A stretch of 64,000 bases of DNA, from positions 47,478 to 111,477 of IMG/VR virus record IMGVR_UViG_3300025913_000024, one strand, 5' to 3'. This document shows, piece after piece, positions 1 through 9,944 of this stretch. Position 1 is the stretch's first letter; the number at the start of each line of letters is the position of its first letter. The position numbers and the translations under genes were made by a program. The stretch is from a virus. Taxonomy: Duplodnaviria; Heunggongvirae; Uroviricota; Caudoviricetes. The notes under the pieces are model-generated. The model did not search any database. It was not told where the DNA came from and saw only the letters and a list, made by a program, of their open reading frames with translations.

Positions 1-11
1 AGCGTCCCGAG

Positions 12-1586
12 GTGAACACCAAGATCTATCACGACAAGCTTGCCTTCTTTGAACAGAAGTTTCAAAACTTCTACTCTGGAAAAGCAAAGAACTGGAAACT
101 TTTCAGCATCAATAACTGGAACATGCCTGATGGAACTTACCAAGGTTCCTGTGTATTCGTTCGAATGGGACAGATTTTGTATCCTTTCGCTGAAGATCGG
201 ATTCAGGATGACTTTATCCGAAAGACCCTTTCCAACCAGTATCAGATGGTTCTTGATGTTCCCATCGGAACCTGTGACGTTGCTCCTTCCCGTGAGAAGC
301 TCAACTACGACGCCGAAACCATCTCCAATGTCAACAGTCTTCTCAAAGACGCAGTCGATGAGATGATGAGCATCTTCGACGAAGATCTTAAGACTAAGAC
401 TCTTTGGGAACAGGTTTCGTTCCTTCGGGACAAGAGAACCAAGTCAAATCACCCTGCCATCGTAGCTCTTCTTCACATGCCTGAAAGGGAGAAGTTCATC
501 ACCTCTTCTACCGGCATCGGTGTGAAGATGCTCAACGCAAGCGAACAGTGGAGACCTGTGAACTCCGTCATGGCCTACAACAGAAAGACCAGAAATGATG
601 GGTCTGTTCAACTTGGACGAAATGTGAACGCGTTCTCTGTTTATCCTGGTTCAGAAACCGTGGTAATGGACTTAACCGTTGACTTCTTAGTCAAGGGAAA
701 CAAGAAACCTCCGAAGACTCTTCCAGTTCCTCTTAGAGGAAGTCTTCGTGCTTACCTCGCCCAGAATCCTGGGGTCGAGAACATCATCACAGTTGTTAAC
801 GGCGACCAGACCGTCTTTGACGAGATGGGAAACCCTCCTACGATCAAAGGTTCTGACCTTCCTAAGCCTCTTAAGACTACTTACGTCAAGAGGATCAAGG
901 GTGGAAAGGACAAACCTTCAGTTGACGTTTGGGGAAGTCCAATTGAACAGGCTGTCATCGACGATGCAGATGAGATCGTAGTTCTTGAGTGGAATACTAC
1001 CACTCGCAGAATGGTGGTTGGAAACACGACTTGGAAACTTGGTGACTTCAGCGGTATGAACAACATGTTTCGGGATGTTGCTCATGTCACGAAATTGAAG
1101 ACGATCTTCACTCGTAGAACCACCTTGGAGATTGAAAAGGATGCCAAAAATCCTGTCAAGAATCCTAAAGTTCTGACTTACACTGAATGGGTTAACAAAC
1201 ACTATGACAGTGTTTACAAGGTTCTTGAGATCGCTTATGGTGAATCTAGAAATAGTACCATCCGAAATTCTTGGATTGGTAAGATGGTTTTTGAAAACTT
1301 GGTCGTTGCTAACTCTCACCCCATCTTGATGGCCATCAAGAACATGGATGATTCTCAGATCACCAAAAGAAACAACAACATCCATGGCCTGACCATGATC
1401 TTGAATAACTCAAACCTGAAGCTTCCTGAGGATTATCAGCCCAAGATCCTTGAACAATTGGAAAACATTCTTCCCTTGCTTCATGTAGCTTCCAGAACAC
1501 TTTACAGTGTGAGCATTTCTGTTGCTCAAGACATCGCTGCTTACATCAGATCCAAGAAGGATCAATTAGATACTTTGACTTTGTAA
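12..1586 (+). CDS. hypothetical protein (524 aa as called, probably 5'-partial)
   Basis: Long ORF starting with GTG at 12; the same frame stays open back to nt 3, so the gene likely starts upstream of the window. No recognisable motif. Confidence 0.55.
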   Translation: MNTKIYHDKLAFFEQKFQNFYSGKAKNWKLFSINNWNMPDGTYQGSCVFVRMGQILYPFAEDRIQDDFIRKTLSNQYQMVLDVPIGTCDVAPSREKLNYDAETISNVNSLLKDAVDEMMSIFDEDLKTKTLWEQVSFLRDKRTKSNHPAIVALLHMPEREKFITSSTGIGVKMLNASEQWRPVNSVMAYNRKTRNDGSVQLGRNVNAFSVYPGSETVVMDLTVDFLVKGNKKPPKTLPVPLRGSLRAYLAQNPGVENIITVVNGDQTVFDEMGNPPTIKGSDLPKPLKTTYVKRIKGGKDKPSVDVWGSPIEQAVIDDADEIVVLEWNTTTRRMVVGNTTWKLGDFSGMNNMFRDVAHVTKLKTIFTRRTTLEIEKDAKNPVKNPKVLTYTEWVNKHYDSVYKVLEIAYGESRNSTIRNSWIGKMVFENLVVANSHPILMAIKNMDDSQITKRNNNIHGLTMILNNSNLKLPEDYQPKILEQLENILPLLHVASRTLYSVSISVAQDIAAYIRSKKDQLDTLTL

Positions 1587-1613
1587 ACTTTGTTTTCGCC
1601 TTAGGAGCGAAAC

Positions 1614-1626
1614 GTATATTACTAAG
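1614..1626 (+). promoter_or_regulatory. weak variant (GTATATTACTAAG) of the recurrent TGAGATATTGTAG promoter-like motif
   Basis: Resembles the 37814 variant TGAGATATTACT; 23 nt upstream of the 1650 start codon. Confidence 0.3.
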
Positions 1627-1649
1627 TGAATTAGGAGGAGCACACCAAT

Positions 1650-2711
1650 ATGATTCGATTTGTGCAGACCCCGAAGGGAGTCTCAATCTATCTTGGCAAT
1701 GACACACTCATTGTCTCGAAGACCCATGAGAACTTCCAGGCGGTCATCAATGCCTTGGCCGACGATAAGACGACCGAGGAACAGGTTCGCGAACTCGCTG
1801 ACCTGAAGAAGAGCGTCGACCTATGGTCGAAGGGAGAGCTCAAGGTAGGAGACGACGATGTCGTTACCTACAAGGCCCGCGGCCTGAGTCCCAAGCTCAC
1901 GAGCAGGATCCTCAAGTTGGTCAAGGAAGTTTCGGCTAAGCCCGACAACGCCAAGACCCTCGAGATCCTCACCGCATTTCTGGGAAATCTTTTCCAGAAC
2001 CCTTCAAGGACCGCTGTCGAAGGTCTCTATGGCTTCTTGGAAGCCTGTGATCTTCCTTTGACCACTGACGGTTTCTTCCTCGCCTACAAGAAGGTTCGTC
2101 CGGACTACGGTTCGATTCGCGCCACGCCTGAAGGCATCCACCTGGACAACACTCCAGGAAAGGAAGTGACCATGGATCGAAACCTGGTTGACGAGAACCC
2201 CAACAACACCTGTTCTACCGGACTTCACGTGTGCTCGTACAACTACCTCACTCACTACGGTGACAGCGAGCTCGATCGTGTGGTTGTTGTCAAGGTCAAT
2301 CCGAGAGATGTTGTGGCGGTTCCTACCGACTACAGCAACCAGAAGATGCGCACCTGTGGGTACAACGTCATCGACGAGATCCCCAACAACGAGGGCGAGG
2401 TTCTTACCTCTTGGACCTACAGCGCCAAGCCTATCAATTGGATCCGAGACACTGTCGAGGAACTCAAGAAGGCTTACGCAGAAGCGTTCAAGATCAAGAT
2501 CGCCGATCTTGAGGTCAACACGGCTCTCTTTGGCTACGGTATCACCGATCGCCAGAAGAACGAGTTCCTCATCGGTCTAGTCAAGCAGTTCAAGCTCTCT
2601 ACCGGTCTTACGGACTCCAGTGCCGAAAAGATCATCGAGTGGGGTGCCAAGAACACCGGCTTTGGAAACATTCGAAGCATCCTTAAGTGGATCTCGAACT
2701 TCGCAGCCTAA
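1650..2711 (+). CDS. hypothetical protein (353 aa)
   Basis: RBS AGGAGG at 1633-1638 is 11 nt before ATG; terminator hairpins follow. No recognisable motif. Confidence 0.7.
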   Translation: MIRFVQTPKGVSIYLGNDTLIVSKTHENFQAVINALADDKTTEEQVRELADLKKSVDLWSKGELKVGDDDVVTYKARGLSPKLTSRILKLVKEVSAKPDNAKTLEILTAFLGNLFQNPSRTAVEGLYGFLEACDLPLTTDGFFLAYKKVRPDYGSIRATPEGIHLDNTPGKEVTMDRNLVDENPNNTCSTGLHVCSYNYLTHYGDSELDRVVVVKVNPRDVVAVPTDYSNQKMRTCGYNVIDEIPNNEGEVLTSWTYSAKPINWIRDTVEELKKAYAEAFKIKIADLEVNTALFGYGITDRQKNEFLIGLVKQFKLSTGLTDSSAEKIIEWGAKNTGFGNIRSILKWISNFAA

Positions 2712-2757
2712 AAAGTAAAGGTCTGCTACGCCTTTAGTAGAGACCTTGATTAAGTTG

Positions 2758-2797
2758 CCTCCTGGGAAACAGTTTAGACACCCAGGAGGATTTTTTA
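2758..2797 (+). terminator. rho-independent terminator
   Basis: CCTCCTGGG (2758-2766) pairs with CCCAGGAGG (2781-2789), followed by a T6 run at 2791-2796. Preceded by a second hairpin AAGGTCT/AGACCTT at 2718-2747. Confidence 0.7.
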
Positions 2798-2802
2798 TCT
2801 TC

Positions 2803-2814
2803 TGAGATATTGAG
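2803..2814 (+). promoter_or_regulatory. TGAGATATTGAG promoter-like motif (extended -10-like TGnGATATT)
   Basis: One of about 10 copies of TGAGATATTGTAG-like sequence, each 5-27 nt upstream of a start codon or RNA gene and often just after a terminator. Confidence 0.5.
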
Positions 2815-2828
2815 ATTAGGAGACGAAA

Positions 2829-3107
2829 ATGAAGACCCTTCTTTTGCTCATCGCTCTTGGTAACGGCCACTTTCAAGAACAGATCGTCTATCCTGACCAC
2901 ACGGTGGAAGGAGTTGTTTCTTTCGAAAAAGAGAACAAGGTCAATGTTCAGTTGAAAGGAAACACGATCCCGTCAAGCTACAAGGTCAAGAATGACATCT
3001 TGGTCGTGGAAGAGATGGGTTTTGCTGTGGAGAATCATGGCAAGGAGATCTGGTTGATCCCGTTGACTGAAACTCACTACAACAAGATCATCCTGAAGAA
3101 GAATTAA
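2829..3107 (+). CDS. hypothetical protein (92 aa)
   Basis: RBS AGGAGACG 8 nt upstream; ATG start. Confidence 0.55.
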   Translation: MKTLLLLIALGNGHFQEQIVYPDHTVEGVVSFEKENKVNVQLKGNTIPSSYKVKNDILVVEEMGFAVENHGKEIWLIPLTETHYNKIILKKN

Positions 3108-3592
3108 CGAGCGAAGTTGATAGGAACGATAGTGGCTCCGATCGAACCTTCTTTGCTGGTGAGTCGGAGTCCTTCTTCCATGAGTAAGAAGAGTTGTTCT
3201 TCAGAATCAACTTGGTGTTGGAAAGAATCAACGATGATTCTGAGGCATCGATTGACTTGGTCTGTCAACACAGTTTTTTGTTCTTGAAGTTCCTTGATGA
3301 CAGAACCAAGGCTCTCAAGATTAGCGGTGTCTGTCTTGACACCATTGATGTCCATGCTTGGAGTGTACATCAATCCAGGCAATCCAAGGTGAGCAGTGCC
3401 AACGTTGGCAGGTTTTGAGTACTTGTAGGTCAACTCTGCATACTTGGTCTCAGAATCAAGAAGGTCCTGAACTGCTTCATTGTACACAGGAAGAAGCTTA
3501 GAGACAAGCTCTAAGTTGCTGACAACATTTCCGTGATGTTGGTTGAACTCTGTCTTAAGTTGAGCAAGAAGCTCCTTGGCATTGACTGTCAT
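3104..3592 (-). CDS. hypothetical protein (162 aa)
   Basis: Minus-strand ORF whose end overlaps the next gene by 1 nt. Confidence 0.55.
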   Translation of the reverse strand: MTVNAKELLAQLKTEFNQHHGNVVSNLELVSKLLPVYNEAVQDLLDSETKYAELTYKYSKPANVGTAHLGLPGLMYTPSMDINGVKTDTANLESLGSVIKELQEQKTVLTDQVNRCLRIIVDSFQHQVDSEEQLFLLMEEGLRLTSKEGSIGATIVPINFAR

Positions 3593-4131
3593 TACTTTAC
3601 CTCGTAAAAGATCTTGGTTCCAGCTGGGTACTCAACACCTTCAAAGAAGGTAGATTGATTTAGTACCAAAAAAGGCAACTGAGGTTCGTGCTTAGGGTAC
3701 GGAGCCACAGGAGAACCAACGACATTGGCGAGATTTTCACTAGCAGATTGAACGTCTTCCAAGTTCTTCTTGGGATAGACAACGTTTAATTGAGCACTAC
3801 GATCATTCACCCCATCTCCACCAAACTCTGGTCCTAACTTTGCACCTTCAGGTGTGAAGAGGAAGTAATTGGCCCAAAATGAAAGGTCAGCTGCGTCAGA
3901 GTCAAAAGCTGTCTGTAGACCCTTGAGAGCACTCACGAGAGGGTTCTCTTGGATCATACCAAACTCTTCGCTGGTAGTTCCTTGTGAGGAATTTTGAGGA
4001 GATCCTGGGATCTGAGATGGTCGATCTACAAAGTATCGCTGAGCAAACTCATCAACGTTCTCTCCTGTAGGAGGAAGAAAGTTGACGTCTTTCAGGAACT
4101 CAGCGATCGTAGATTCCTTAAAGCCTTTCAT
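3592..4131 (-). CDS. hypothetical protein (179 aa)
   Basis: Minus-strand ORF in a three-gene block with overlapping stop and start codons. Confidence 0.55.
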   Translation of the reverse strand: MKGFKESTIAEFLKDVNFLPPTGENVDEFAQRYFVDRPSQIPGSPQNSSQGTTSEEFGMIQENPLVSALKGLQTAFDSDAADLSFWANYFLFTPEGAKLGPEFGGDGVNDRSAQLNVVYPKKNLEDVQSASENLANVVGSPVAPYPKHEPQLPFLVLNQSTFFEGVEYPAGTKIFYEVK

Positions 4132-5813
4132 TACTTGTAAGCTCCAGCCTTTCCTAAGAGTCCTTGACCTTCGAACTCGTCCTTGTATGCTTTGAAAGCA
4201 TACTGATCAAGTTCCTTGAGCCAAGCGTCATCGATCTCGTAGTACATGTTGTCAAGGCGATCTAACCATTTGTGATCTAGCTCACCTTCTTTGGCGTCTT
4301 CTTCTAATTGACCTTCTTCGTTACAATCATAGCAAGGAGCAGTTCCTTCACCGTGGCATTCTTCACAGTCGACTTGATCGATGTTTCCATCTTCGTCCTC
4401 GTCTTCAACTGTTCCTTCACCATCGCATTCTGGACACTTTACATATCTTTTGTTGTGGCAAGAGTAACATTCTTCATGAACACCTTGAACAACATCAGCA
4501 ATACTTTCAAAAATAGTGAAAACCTTTACTCCAGTATCGGTCTTAAAGATACCTTCTCTAGAAGCTAGTTCTAACATCTGGTCTTGAAGATCTGTGTCAT
4601 AAGAGTTGTTGCTAAAGTATCCTCGTTTCTCAGAGGCATACCCGTTATCAAGATACTGCATGATTCCACCATTACCGATCTGGTAGTTAGCAGCTCCAAA
4701 GAACACAACAATTGCTGCTTCATCTCCATAGGTATGTAGAATGTACTCAATGAACTCTCCCCAACTCTTGTCTTTAGCAGGACCGTTGTCTTGCCAATCT
4801 TCGTAACAAATGTCCATAATGGTCTGGAGGAAGCCGTGTTCTTCACCACTCTTTGGGGTTGCCTTTAATTTAGAGACAAGGTTTTGGGTGATCTTTTCTT
4901 GAAGTCTTTTATCGTTCATGTTTGTTCCTTTTGTGGATTCTTCAAAATCTTCATTCAAAAACTCATTAGGATTCACTGCATTCAAGAAGTCTTGAGCCAA
5001 AAGAGTTGCTGCAGAATGAACAATGCTTGCGTGGTCTTTTGCTAAGTGCCATCTTTTAGCATCTTCAATGAAAGAAACAATGGTTTCTAAGCTCACCATA
5101 TTGTTGATCCAATTTCTAGTTTTGTCTTGGTTGTAGTCATCTTCTGAAAGAAGTTCAACTGCGTCATCAATAACTTCATCGACAATTTCATCATGCTCAT
5201 GTCTAAATGAAGATTCTTCAAATCTAGTCTCGTGTTCAAAATCTTCAATCATGTCTTTTGGATCATTTAAGACTTCAAGAACTACTTCAGATAGCTCATC
5301 TGCATCAGACATGTTAGTAATTCTTTCTACATAACTTTTAACAAAACGATCCAAACTCTTAGAGTTTTTAACCTTAGTTTTGTTTTTTATGATCATCTTG
5401 AAAACTTTTTTAACGTTTCTAATGATGTCGGCCATGTAGTTATTCCACTCATCATTCCATTCATTTACATCGTCTTCGTCTTGCTCAAAGTCCATGTTTT
5501 CAATTTTTCTTTCATGAGACTTAAAGGCTTCGAGATCATCCTTAAGGGACTCGATAGCTATTTTGTCCAAGTTAGGTTGCATTCCGCCTCTAGCCTGCAT
5601 AAGGTTCACCATAGAGTCGGAACCAAGTGATTCTGAAAGGAGATTAGAAAGAAGAGAATCTAAGGTGTTAAGTGCTTCATGAGCCTTGAAACCATGTACA
5701 AACATAGCCTTTCTTTGCGCGTCAGCTTTCTTCTTTGAACGGAATTTGTGTGGATGTTTTGGAGGATTATCTCCAACATTTTCGTAGCCACCGTCAACTT
5801 TCTCTGTGCCCAT
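4131..5813 (-). CDS. acidic protein with C-terminal DnaJ-type cysteine-rich (CxxCxGxG repeat) zinc-finger domain
   Basis: C-terminus contains CYSCHNKR, CPECDGEG, CEECHGEG and CYDCNEEG, which is four CxxC(xGxG) repeats like the DnaJ CR domain. The rest is an acidic or basic low-complexity protein. Confidence 0.6.
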   Translation of the reverse strand: MGTEKVDGGYENVGDNPPKHPHKFRSKKKADAQRKAMFVHGFKAHEALNTLDSLLSNLLSESLGSDSMVNLMQARGGMQPNLDKIAIESLKDDLEAFKSHERKIENMDFEQDEDDVNEWNDEWNNYMADIIRNVKKVFKMIIKNKTKVKNSKSLDRFVKSYVERITNMSDADELSEVVLEVLNDPKDMIEDFEHETRFEESSFRHEHDEIVDEVIDDAVELLSEDDYNQDKTRNWINNMVSLETIVSFIEDAKRWHLAKDHASIVHSAATLLAQDFLNAVNPNEFLNEDFEESTKGTNMNDKRLQEKITQNLVSKLKATPKSGEEHGFLQTIMDICYEDWQDNGPAKDKSWGEFIEYILHTYGDEAAIVVFFGAANYQIGNGGIMQYLDNGYASEKRGYFSNNSYDTDLQDQMLELASREGIFKTDTGVKVFTIFESIADVVQGVHEECYSCHNKRYVKCPECDGEGTVEDEDEDGNIDQVDCEECHGEGTAPCYDCNEEGQLEEDAKEGELDHKWLDRLDNMYYEIDDAWLKELDQYAFKAYKDEFEGQGLLGKAGAYK

Positions 5814-5973
5814 TAGTGCCTATCTCCTTGCCAATGGTGAATTAGTACTTCAGATTCGTATATTATTAGAATCCGTAAATTGTGCAAAATCAGAAAAATC
5901 TAATCTAGAATTTTGGAATTTTGCACTCCACAAAACACTAATTAAGACTCGTGCACAGGAGCAAAAGTTCACC
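5814..5973. promoter_or_regulatory. divergent intergenic control region between the minus-strand block and the nrd operon
   Basis: 160-nt AT-rich spacer between divergent genes. Contains inverted repeat GTGCAAAAT (about 5879) and ATTTTGCAC (about 5924). Confidence 0.4.
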
Positions 5974-8298
5974 ATGCTGATCACCAAAAAAGATGGTTCT
6001 AACCAGCCTTTTGATGAGAACAAGGTTCTCAAAACCCTCAAGATAAGATCTGAGGGACTATCTGGAGTTAATCAAGATAAAATTTTCAAAGAGTTCACCA
6101 AGAACATCGCCGAAGGAATCTCAACGTCTGACCTAGAGAAGATGCTGATCCTTTCCGCGTCTTCATTGGCTGAAACTCACTTGGATTATGACAAGCTTGC
6201 CACTAGACTCTTCCTTCAGAAGATCTACAAAGAGGTTCTTGGCGGAACAGCTTCAGATGAAGAAAGAGACTCTGCTCACAAGCACGCTTTCATCCATTTC
6301 ATTGACTCCTCTCCTCTTCTTGACGATAGAATGAGAAACTGCTTCGACTTGGTCAGACTCTCCAATGCTCTTGATCTTGAACAAGACAAGAGGTTCAACT
6401 TCCTTGGTCTCACAAGCATCTACGAGAAGCTTCTCATTCGTGATGAAAACGGCTTCGTCAAAGAAACTCCACAGATGTTTTTCATGCGCGTCGCTATGGG
6501 TCTTTGTCTTGAAGACGTGGATGATTTCGTCCTTGATCTTTACGGGATCTACTCTCGTCATGAAGCCATCAGTTCAACCCCAACTCTCTTTGCTTCCGGC
6601 TTGAAGAAGGCTCAATTGTCTTCTTGTGCTGGTGGAGTCGTTACCGATACCACGGAGTCCATCTTCGGAACAGCTGAAGACTCTTTCAATCTTGGTAAGT
6701 GGAGCTATGGAATCGGTACCTCTGTTTCCAAGCTTCGTGCCATCGGAAGCACAGTTAAGTCCACAAGAATCCAATCCAGCGGAATCATCCCATTCCTTCA
6801 GATATACAACGCCATCTGTAACTCGGTCAATCGAGGAGGTCGTAAGAGAGGAGCCATGTGCTTCTACCTTGAGAACTGGCACTATGAGACTGAGGACTTC
6901 ATCAAGCTTCGCAGAAACTCTGGTGATGAGAGAATGAGAACCCACGATCTCAACACCGCTCTTTTCATCTCTGATGAGTTCATGAAGAGAGTTATGAGAG
7001 ACGAGCAATGGATGCTCATCGATCCTAAGGAAGCCATTGACAACGGTTACGACCTCACAGAGCTCTCTGGAAGAGCTTTCTCTCAAGCCTACAAAGAACT
7101 TGAGAACCTAGCTAAGGCCGGTAAGATCAAGCTCTTCAAGTTCATCAAGGCTAAGGACCTTTGGAAGCAACAGCTCCTTAGCCTCTTCGAGACCGGACAC
7201 CCTTGGGTCACGTTCAAGGATGCTATGAACGTCAGGAACCCAAACCAGAACTCAGGAAACATCTACTCCAGCAACCTCTGTACAGAGATCGCTCAGAACG
7301 TTCTTCCAGATGCCTCGGGAGCAGGAGAGTATTTCAACTGTTTCTTGGCTTCTGCTAACCTCGGTGAGATGTTTCATCCAGAGACCCAGTTCGATGTTGA
7401 GAAACTTACCCACGCTGTTCGAATCTTGGTACGAGCTTTGGACAATGCAAATGATTTGAACTATTACCCCACAGAAGGTGTAAGAGCCGGTTCACAACGA
7501 TACCGTTCTATCGGTGTTGGAGTTATGGGATGGCAAGACCTTCTATTTAAGAACAAGATTCCTTTTGATTCTCCTGAAGCTGTTGATCTTCTTGATCGAG
7601 TAGCTGAGGTTTGGAGTTACGCTGCAATTGATGCTTCTGCGGCTCTTGCTGTTGAAAGAGGAAGTTACCAGAACTTTGAAGGAAGTCTTTGGAGTCAAGG
7701 AATTCTTCCAGTTGACACCTTGGCCATGCTCTCAGAGTCAAGAGACCTTCCATTGACCGTAGAGTCAACCACTCGTCTGGATTGGGACGTCTTGAGAGAG
7801 AAGGTAAAGAAGGGCATGAGAAACGGTTACGTTATGTCTCCTGCTCCTAACGCTTCCACCGCTCTTTACTTGGGAGTTTATCCAGCTACTGAGGCTCAAT
7901 ATGCCAACATGTACTCCAAGGAGAACATGCTCGGTAAGTTCTCTATCATCAACGAGTATCTTGTAGATGATCTAGCTAAACTAGAGGGAATTGACGTTGA
8001 AGAAGTAGTTCAGAAGATCAAGAACTCTCGAGGAGATCTAGCAAAAGCTGGAATCAAGGACGAGAAGATCCTTGAGCTTTACAGAAATGCTTTTGAGGTA
8101 GATCCATTGGCACAGGTCGAACAAGCCAAGGTGCTTGCTAAGTGGATCGACCAATCACACTCCAGGAACATCTTCCTGGACACAAACAGTGGCAAGGTCT
8201 TGAATGATGTGTATCTTCAAGGTTGGTTGGGAGGTGTTAAGACCTTCTACTACTTGAGATCCAAGGCCGCCACATCAGCAGAGAACTCGACAGAATAA
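5974..8298 (+). CDS. nrdA: ribonucleoside-diphosphate reductase large subunit (class Ia, with ATP-cone)
   Basis: N-terminal ATP-cone (MLITKKDGSNQPFDENKVLKTLK) and catalytic motif SSNLCTEI. RBS AGGAG about 12 nt upstream of ATG 5974. The upstream in-frame extension to 5806 was rejected because it overlaps the divergent gene. Confidence 0.93.
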   Translation: MLITKKDGSNQPFDENKVLKTLKIRSEGLSGVNQDKIFKEFTKNIAEGISTSDLEKMLILSASSLAETHLDYDKLATRLFLQKIYKEVLGGTASDEERDSAHKHAFIHFIDSSPLLDDRMRNCFDLVRLSNALDLEQDKRFNFLGLTSIYEKLLIRDENGFVKETPQMFFMRVAMGLCLEDVDDFVLDLYGIYSRHEAISSTPTLFASGLKKAQLSSCAGGVVTDTTESIFGTAEDSFNLGKWSYGIGTSVSKLRAIGSTVKSTRIQSSGIIPFLQIYNAICNSVNRGGRKRGAMCFYLENWHYETEDFIKLRRNSGDERMRTHDLNTALFISDEFMKRVMRDEQWMLIDPKEAIDNGYDLTELSGRAFSQAYKELENLAKAGKIKLFKFIKAKDLWKQQLLSLFETGHPWVTFKDAMNVRNPNQNSGNIYSSNLCTEIAQNVLPDASGAGEYFNCFLASANLGEMFHPETQFDVEKLTHAVRILVRALDNANDLNYYPTEGVRAGSQRYRSIGVGVMGWQDLLFKNKIPFDSPEAVDLLDRVAEVWSYAAIDASAALAVERGSYQNFEGSLWSQGILPVDTLAMLSESRDLPLTVESTTRLDWDVLREKVKKGMRNGYVMSPAPNASTALYLGVYPATEAQYANMYSKENMLGKFSIINEYLVDDLAKLEGIDVEEVVQKIKNSRGDLAKAGIKDEKILELYRNAFEVDPLAQVEQAKVLAKWIDQSHSRNIFLDTNSGKVLNDVYLQGWLGGVKTFYYLRSKAATSAENSTE

Positions 8299-8320
8299 AG
8301 GAAAAGGAAGGAGAAGAGGT

Positions 8321-8614
8321 ATGGTTAAGATCTACACCACCAATAGCTGCGCTGTTTGCAAGCGAGCTAAGACTGATATGCTAGTTAAGGGCATTGCATA
8401 TGAGGAGCACAACGTCGAAGACAACGAACAAGACTTTGACGTGATGATTGAGGCGACTGGAAAAACTGCCGTTCCTCAATTTGACATCGATGGAGAGTGG
8501 GTGGTAGGTTACAACTCTTCGGTCATTGAGAAGGCTTCACGAGATGAAGACGACTTTGAACTTGTTGGAGTAGGTGGACAAGAGTACGCAACTTGCGAAT
8601 CTTGTGAAGGTTAA
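8321..8614 (+). CDS. nrdH: glutaredoxin/NrdH-like redoxin
   Basis: 97 aa with N-terminal CAVC (CxxC) motif in context YTTNSCAVCKRAK; located between nrdA and nrdB. Confidence 0.75.
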   Translation: MVKIYTTNSCAVCKRAKTDMLVKGIAYEEHNVEDNEQDFDVMIEATGKTAVPQFDIDGEWVVGYNSSVIEKASRDEDDFELVGVGGQEYATCESCEG

Positions 8615-8615
8615 C

Positions 8616-9617
8616 ATGGGAATTCTAGATATCCGAGATGAGATGGAGAACAAAGAACTCCATCGAAATCCATACCCACAATTTCTCAAACACTTTACCA
8701 ACGGTGTAGCCAACAACTGGACAGTTGCTGAGATCTCTCTTCAAGACGATCAAGAGCAATGGAACGTTCCTGGAAAGTTGACTGATGAAGAGAAGCAACT
8801 TGTTCTGAAGAACCTTAAGTTCTTCGGAGTTTGTGAAGCTCTTACCATGGACAACGTTGCTGTTGCTATCCTTCCTAGAATTCAAGACGGTTACGTGAGA
8901 ATGGCATTGATTCGCCAAGCTTATGAAGAAGCTCTTCACTCTCAAACCTTCTTGACCATCGCTGAGTCTCTTTCCATTAAGATCTCCGACATCTATCAAG
9001 AGTACAAGGACACGCCTTCTGTTAAGGCCAAGATTGATTTTGTTAATTATCTGATTGGACAAACAGAGAAAGACGGTTTTGATATCACAACGATTGAAGG
9101 TAAGCAAGATCTTCTTCAAGACATGATCGGGTTTTTCCAGATCCTTGAAGGAACCTTCTTCTTCACCAACTTTGCTCAATTGTTCTCTCTTCGTCGAAAG
9201 AACAAGATGAAAGGACTATCCAGCTTCATTGACTACATTGCAAGAGACGAATCTGTTCACATTGCTATCGGCCGAGACCTGATCAACATCATCATCAAAG
9301 AGTATCCCGAGATCTGGACTCCATCTTTTAGAGAAAAAATGAGTACATCTTTTGCAACCGCGGTTAGATTAGAAGATGCTTACTTAAACGATACTATTCC
9401 AGAGACTCTTCTAGGTCTTAATCGAGAATCGTTTAAGGATTACATTCGATTCATTGCCAATCGAAGAATGAAAGGTATTGGTCTAGAAGGTCTTTGGCCT
9501 AACATGAAAAATCCTTTCCCTTGGATGAGTACAGAGAATGATCTCCCTACTGAAACGAACTTCTTCGAGTCTAGACCAAAAGAGTACAAAACTGGCGATG
9601 TCAACATGGACTTCTAA
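8616..9617 (+). CDS. nrdB: ribonucleoside-diphosphate reductase small subunit
   Basis: Di-iron and tyrosyl-radical motifs EALHSQTF, ILEGTFFFTNFAQ and ARDESVHIAIG. ATG at 8616 overlaps the upstream stop codon. Confidence 0.9.
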   Translation: MGILDIRDEMENKELHRNPYPQFLKHFTNGVANNWTVAEISLQDDQEQWNVPGKLTDEEKQLVLKNLKFFGVCEALTMDNVAVAILPRIQDGYVRMALIRQAYEEALHSQTFLTIAESLSIKISDIYQEYKDTPSVKAKIDFVNYLIGQTEKDGFDITTIEGKQDLLQDMIGFFQILEGTFFFTNFAQLFSLRRKNKMKGLSSFIDYIARDESVHIAIGRDLINIIIKEYPEIWTPSFREKMSTSFATAVRLEDAYLNDTIPETLLGLNRESFKDYIRFIANRRMKGIGLEGLWPNMKNPFPWMSTENDLPTETNFFESRPKEYKTGDVNMDF

Positions 9618-9649
9618 CTCAGACTAATTGAGAAAATAGGAGAAACATT

Positions 9650-9916
9650 GTGAAATACACATTGACCTTAGACATGGCTTATGACGAAGCTGAAGACATC
9701 TTTGAATTTTTAGCACAAATTGCTCCCTTAGGAGTTTGGACAATTCTATCTGAACGTCATAGTGCAGGTGGAGGTTGGCCTTCTTTTACTTTCGCTGCTG
9801 AAGATAAAGAAGCCTTGAAGAAACTTTATAGGATCTACAACGGTGGAGAAGCTGATGAAGAAGATGATGATTTCGATTCAGACTTTGAAGAGTTTTTTGA
9901 ACAAGAGAACTCTTAG
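9650..9916 (+). CDS. hypothetical acidic protein (88 aa)
   Basis: GTG start with RBS AGGAGAAA; very acidic C-terminus (EADEEDDDFDSDFEEFFEQE). Confidence 0.5.
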   Translation: MKYTLTLDMAYDEAEDIFEFLAQIAPLGVWTILSERHSAGGGWPSFTFAAEDKEALKKLYRIYNGGEADEEDDDFDSDFEEFFEQENS

Positions 9917-9917
9917 T

Positions 9918-9929
9918 TGAGATATTGAA
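9918..9929 (+). promoter_or_regulatory. TGAGATATTGAA promoter-like motif
   Basis: Recurrent motif 15 nt upstream of ATG 9945. Confidence 0.45.
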
Positions 9930-9944
9930 TCCACGGAGGAGTTA

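Noticed and set aside
5870-5940. Possible NrdR box upstream of nrdA
   Set aside because: The inverted repeat present (GTGCAAAAT/ATTTTGCAC) does not match the NrdR consensus acaCwAtATaTwGtgt, and its spacing is wrong.
5806-5973. Upstream in-frame extension of nrdA from ATG 5806
   Set aside because: It overlaps the divergent gene's start and the AT-rich control region. The ATP-cone begins at Met 5974, which has a good RBS.
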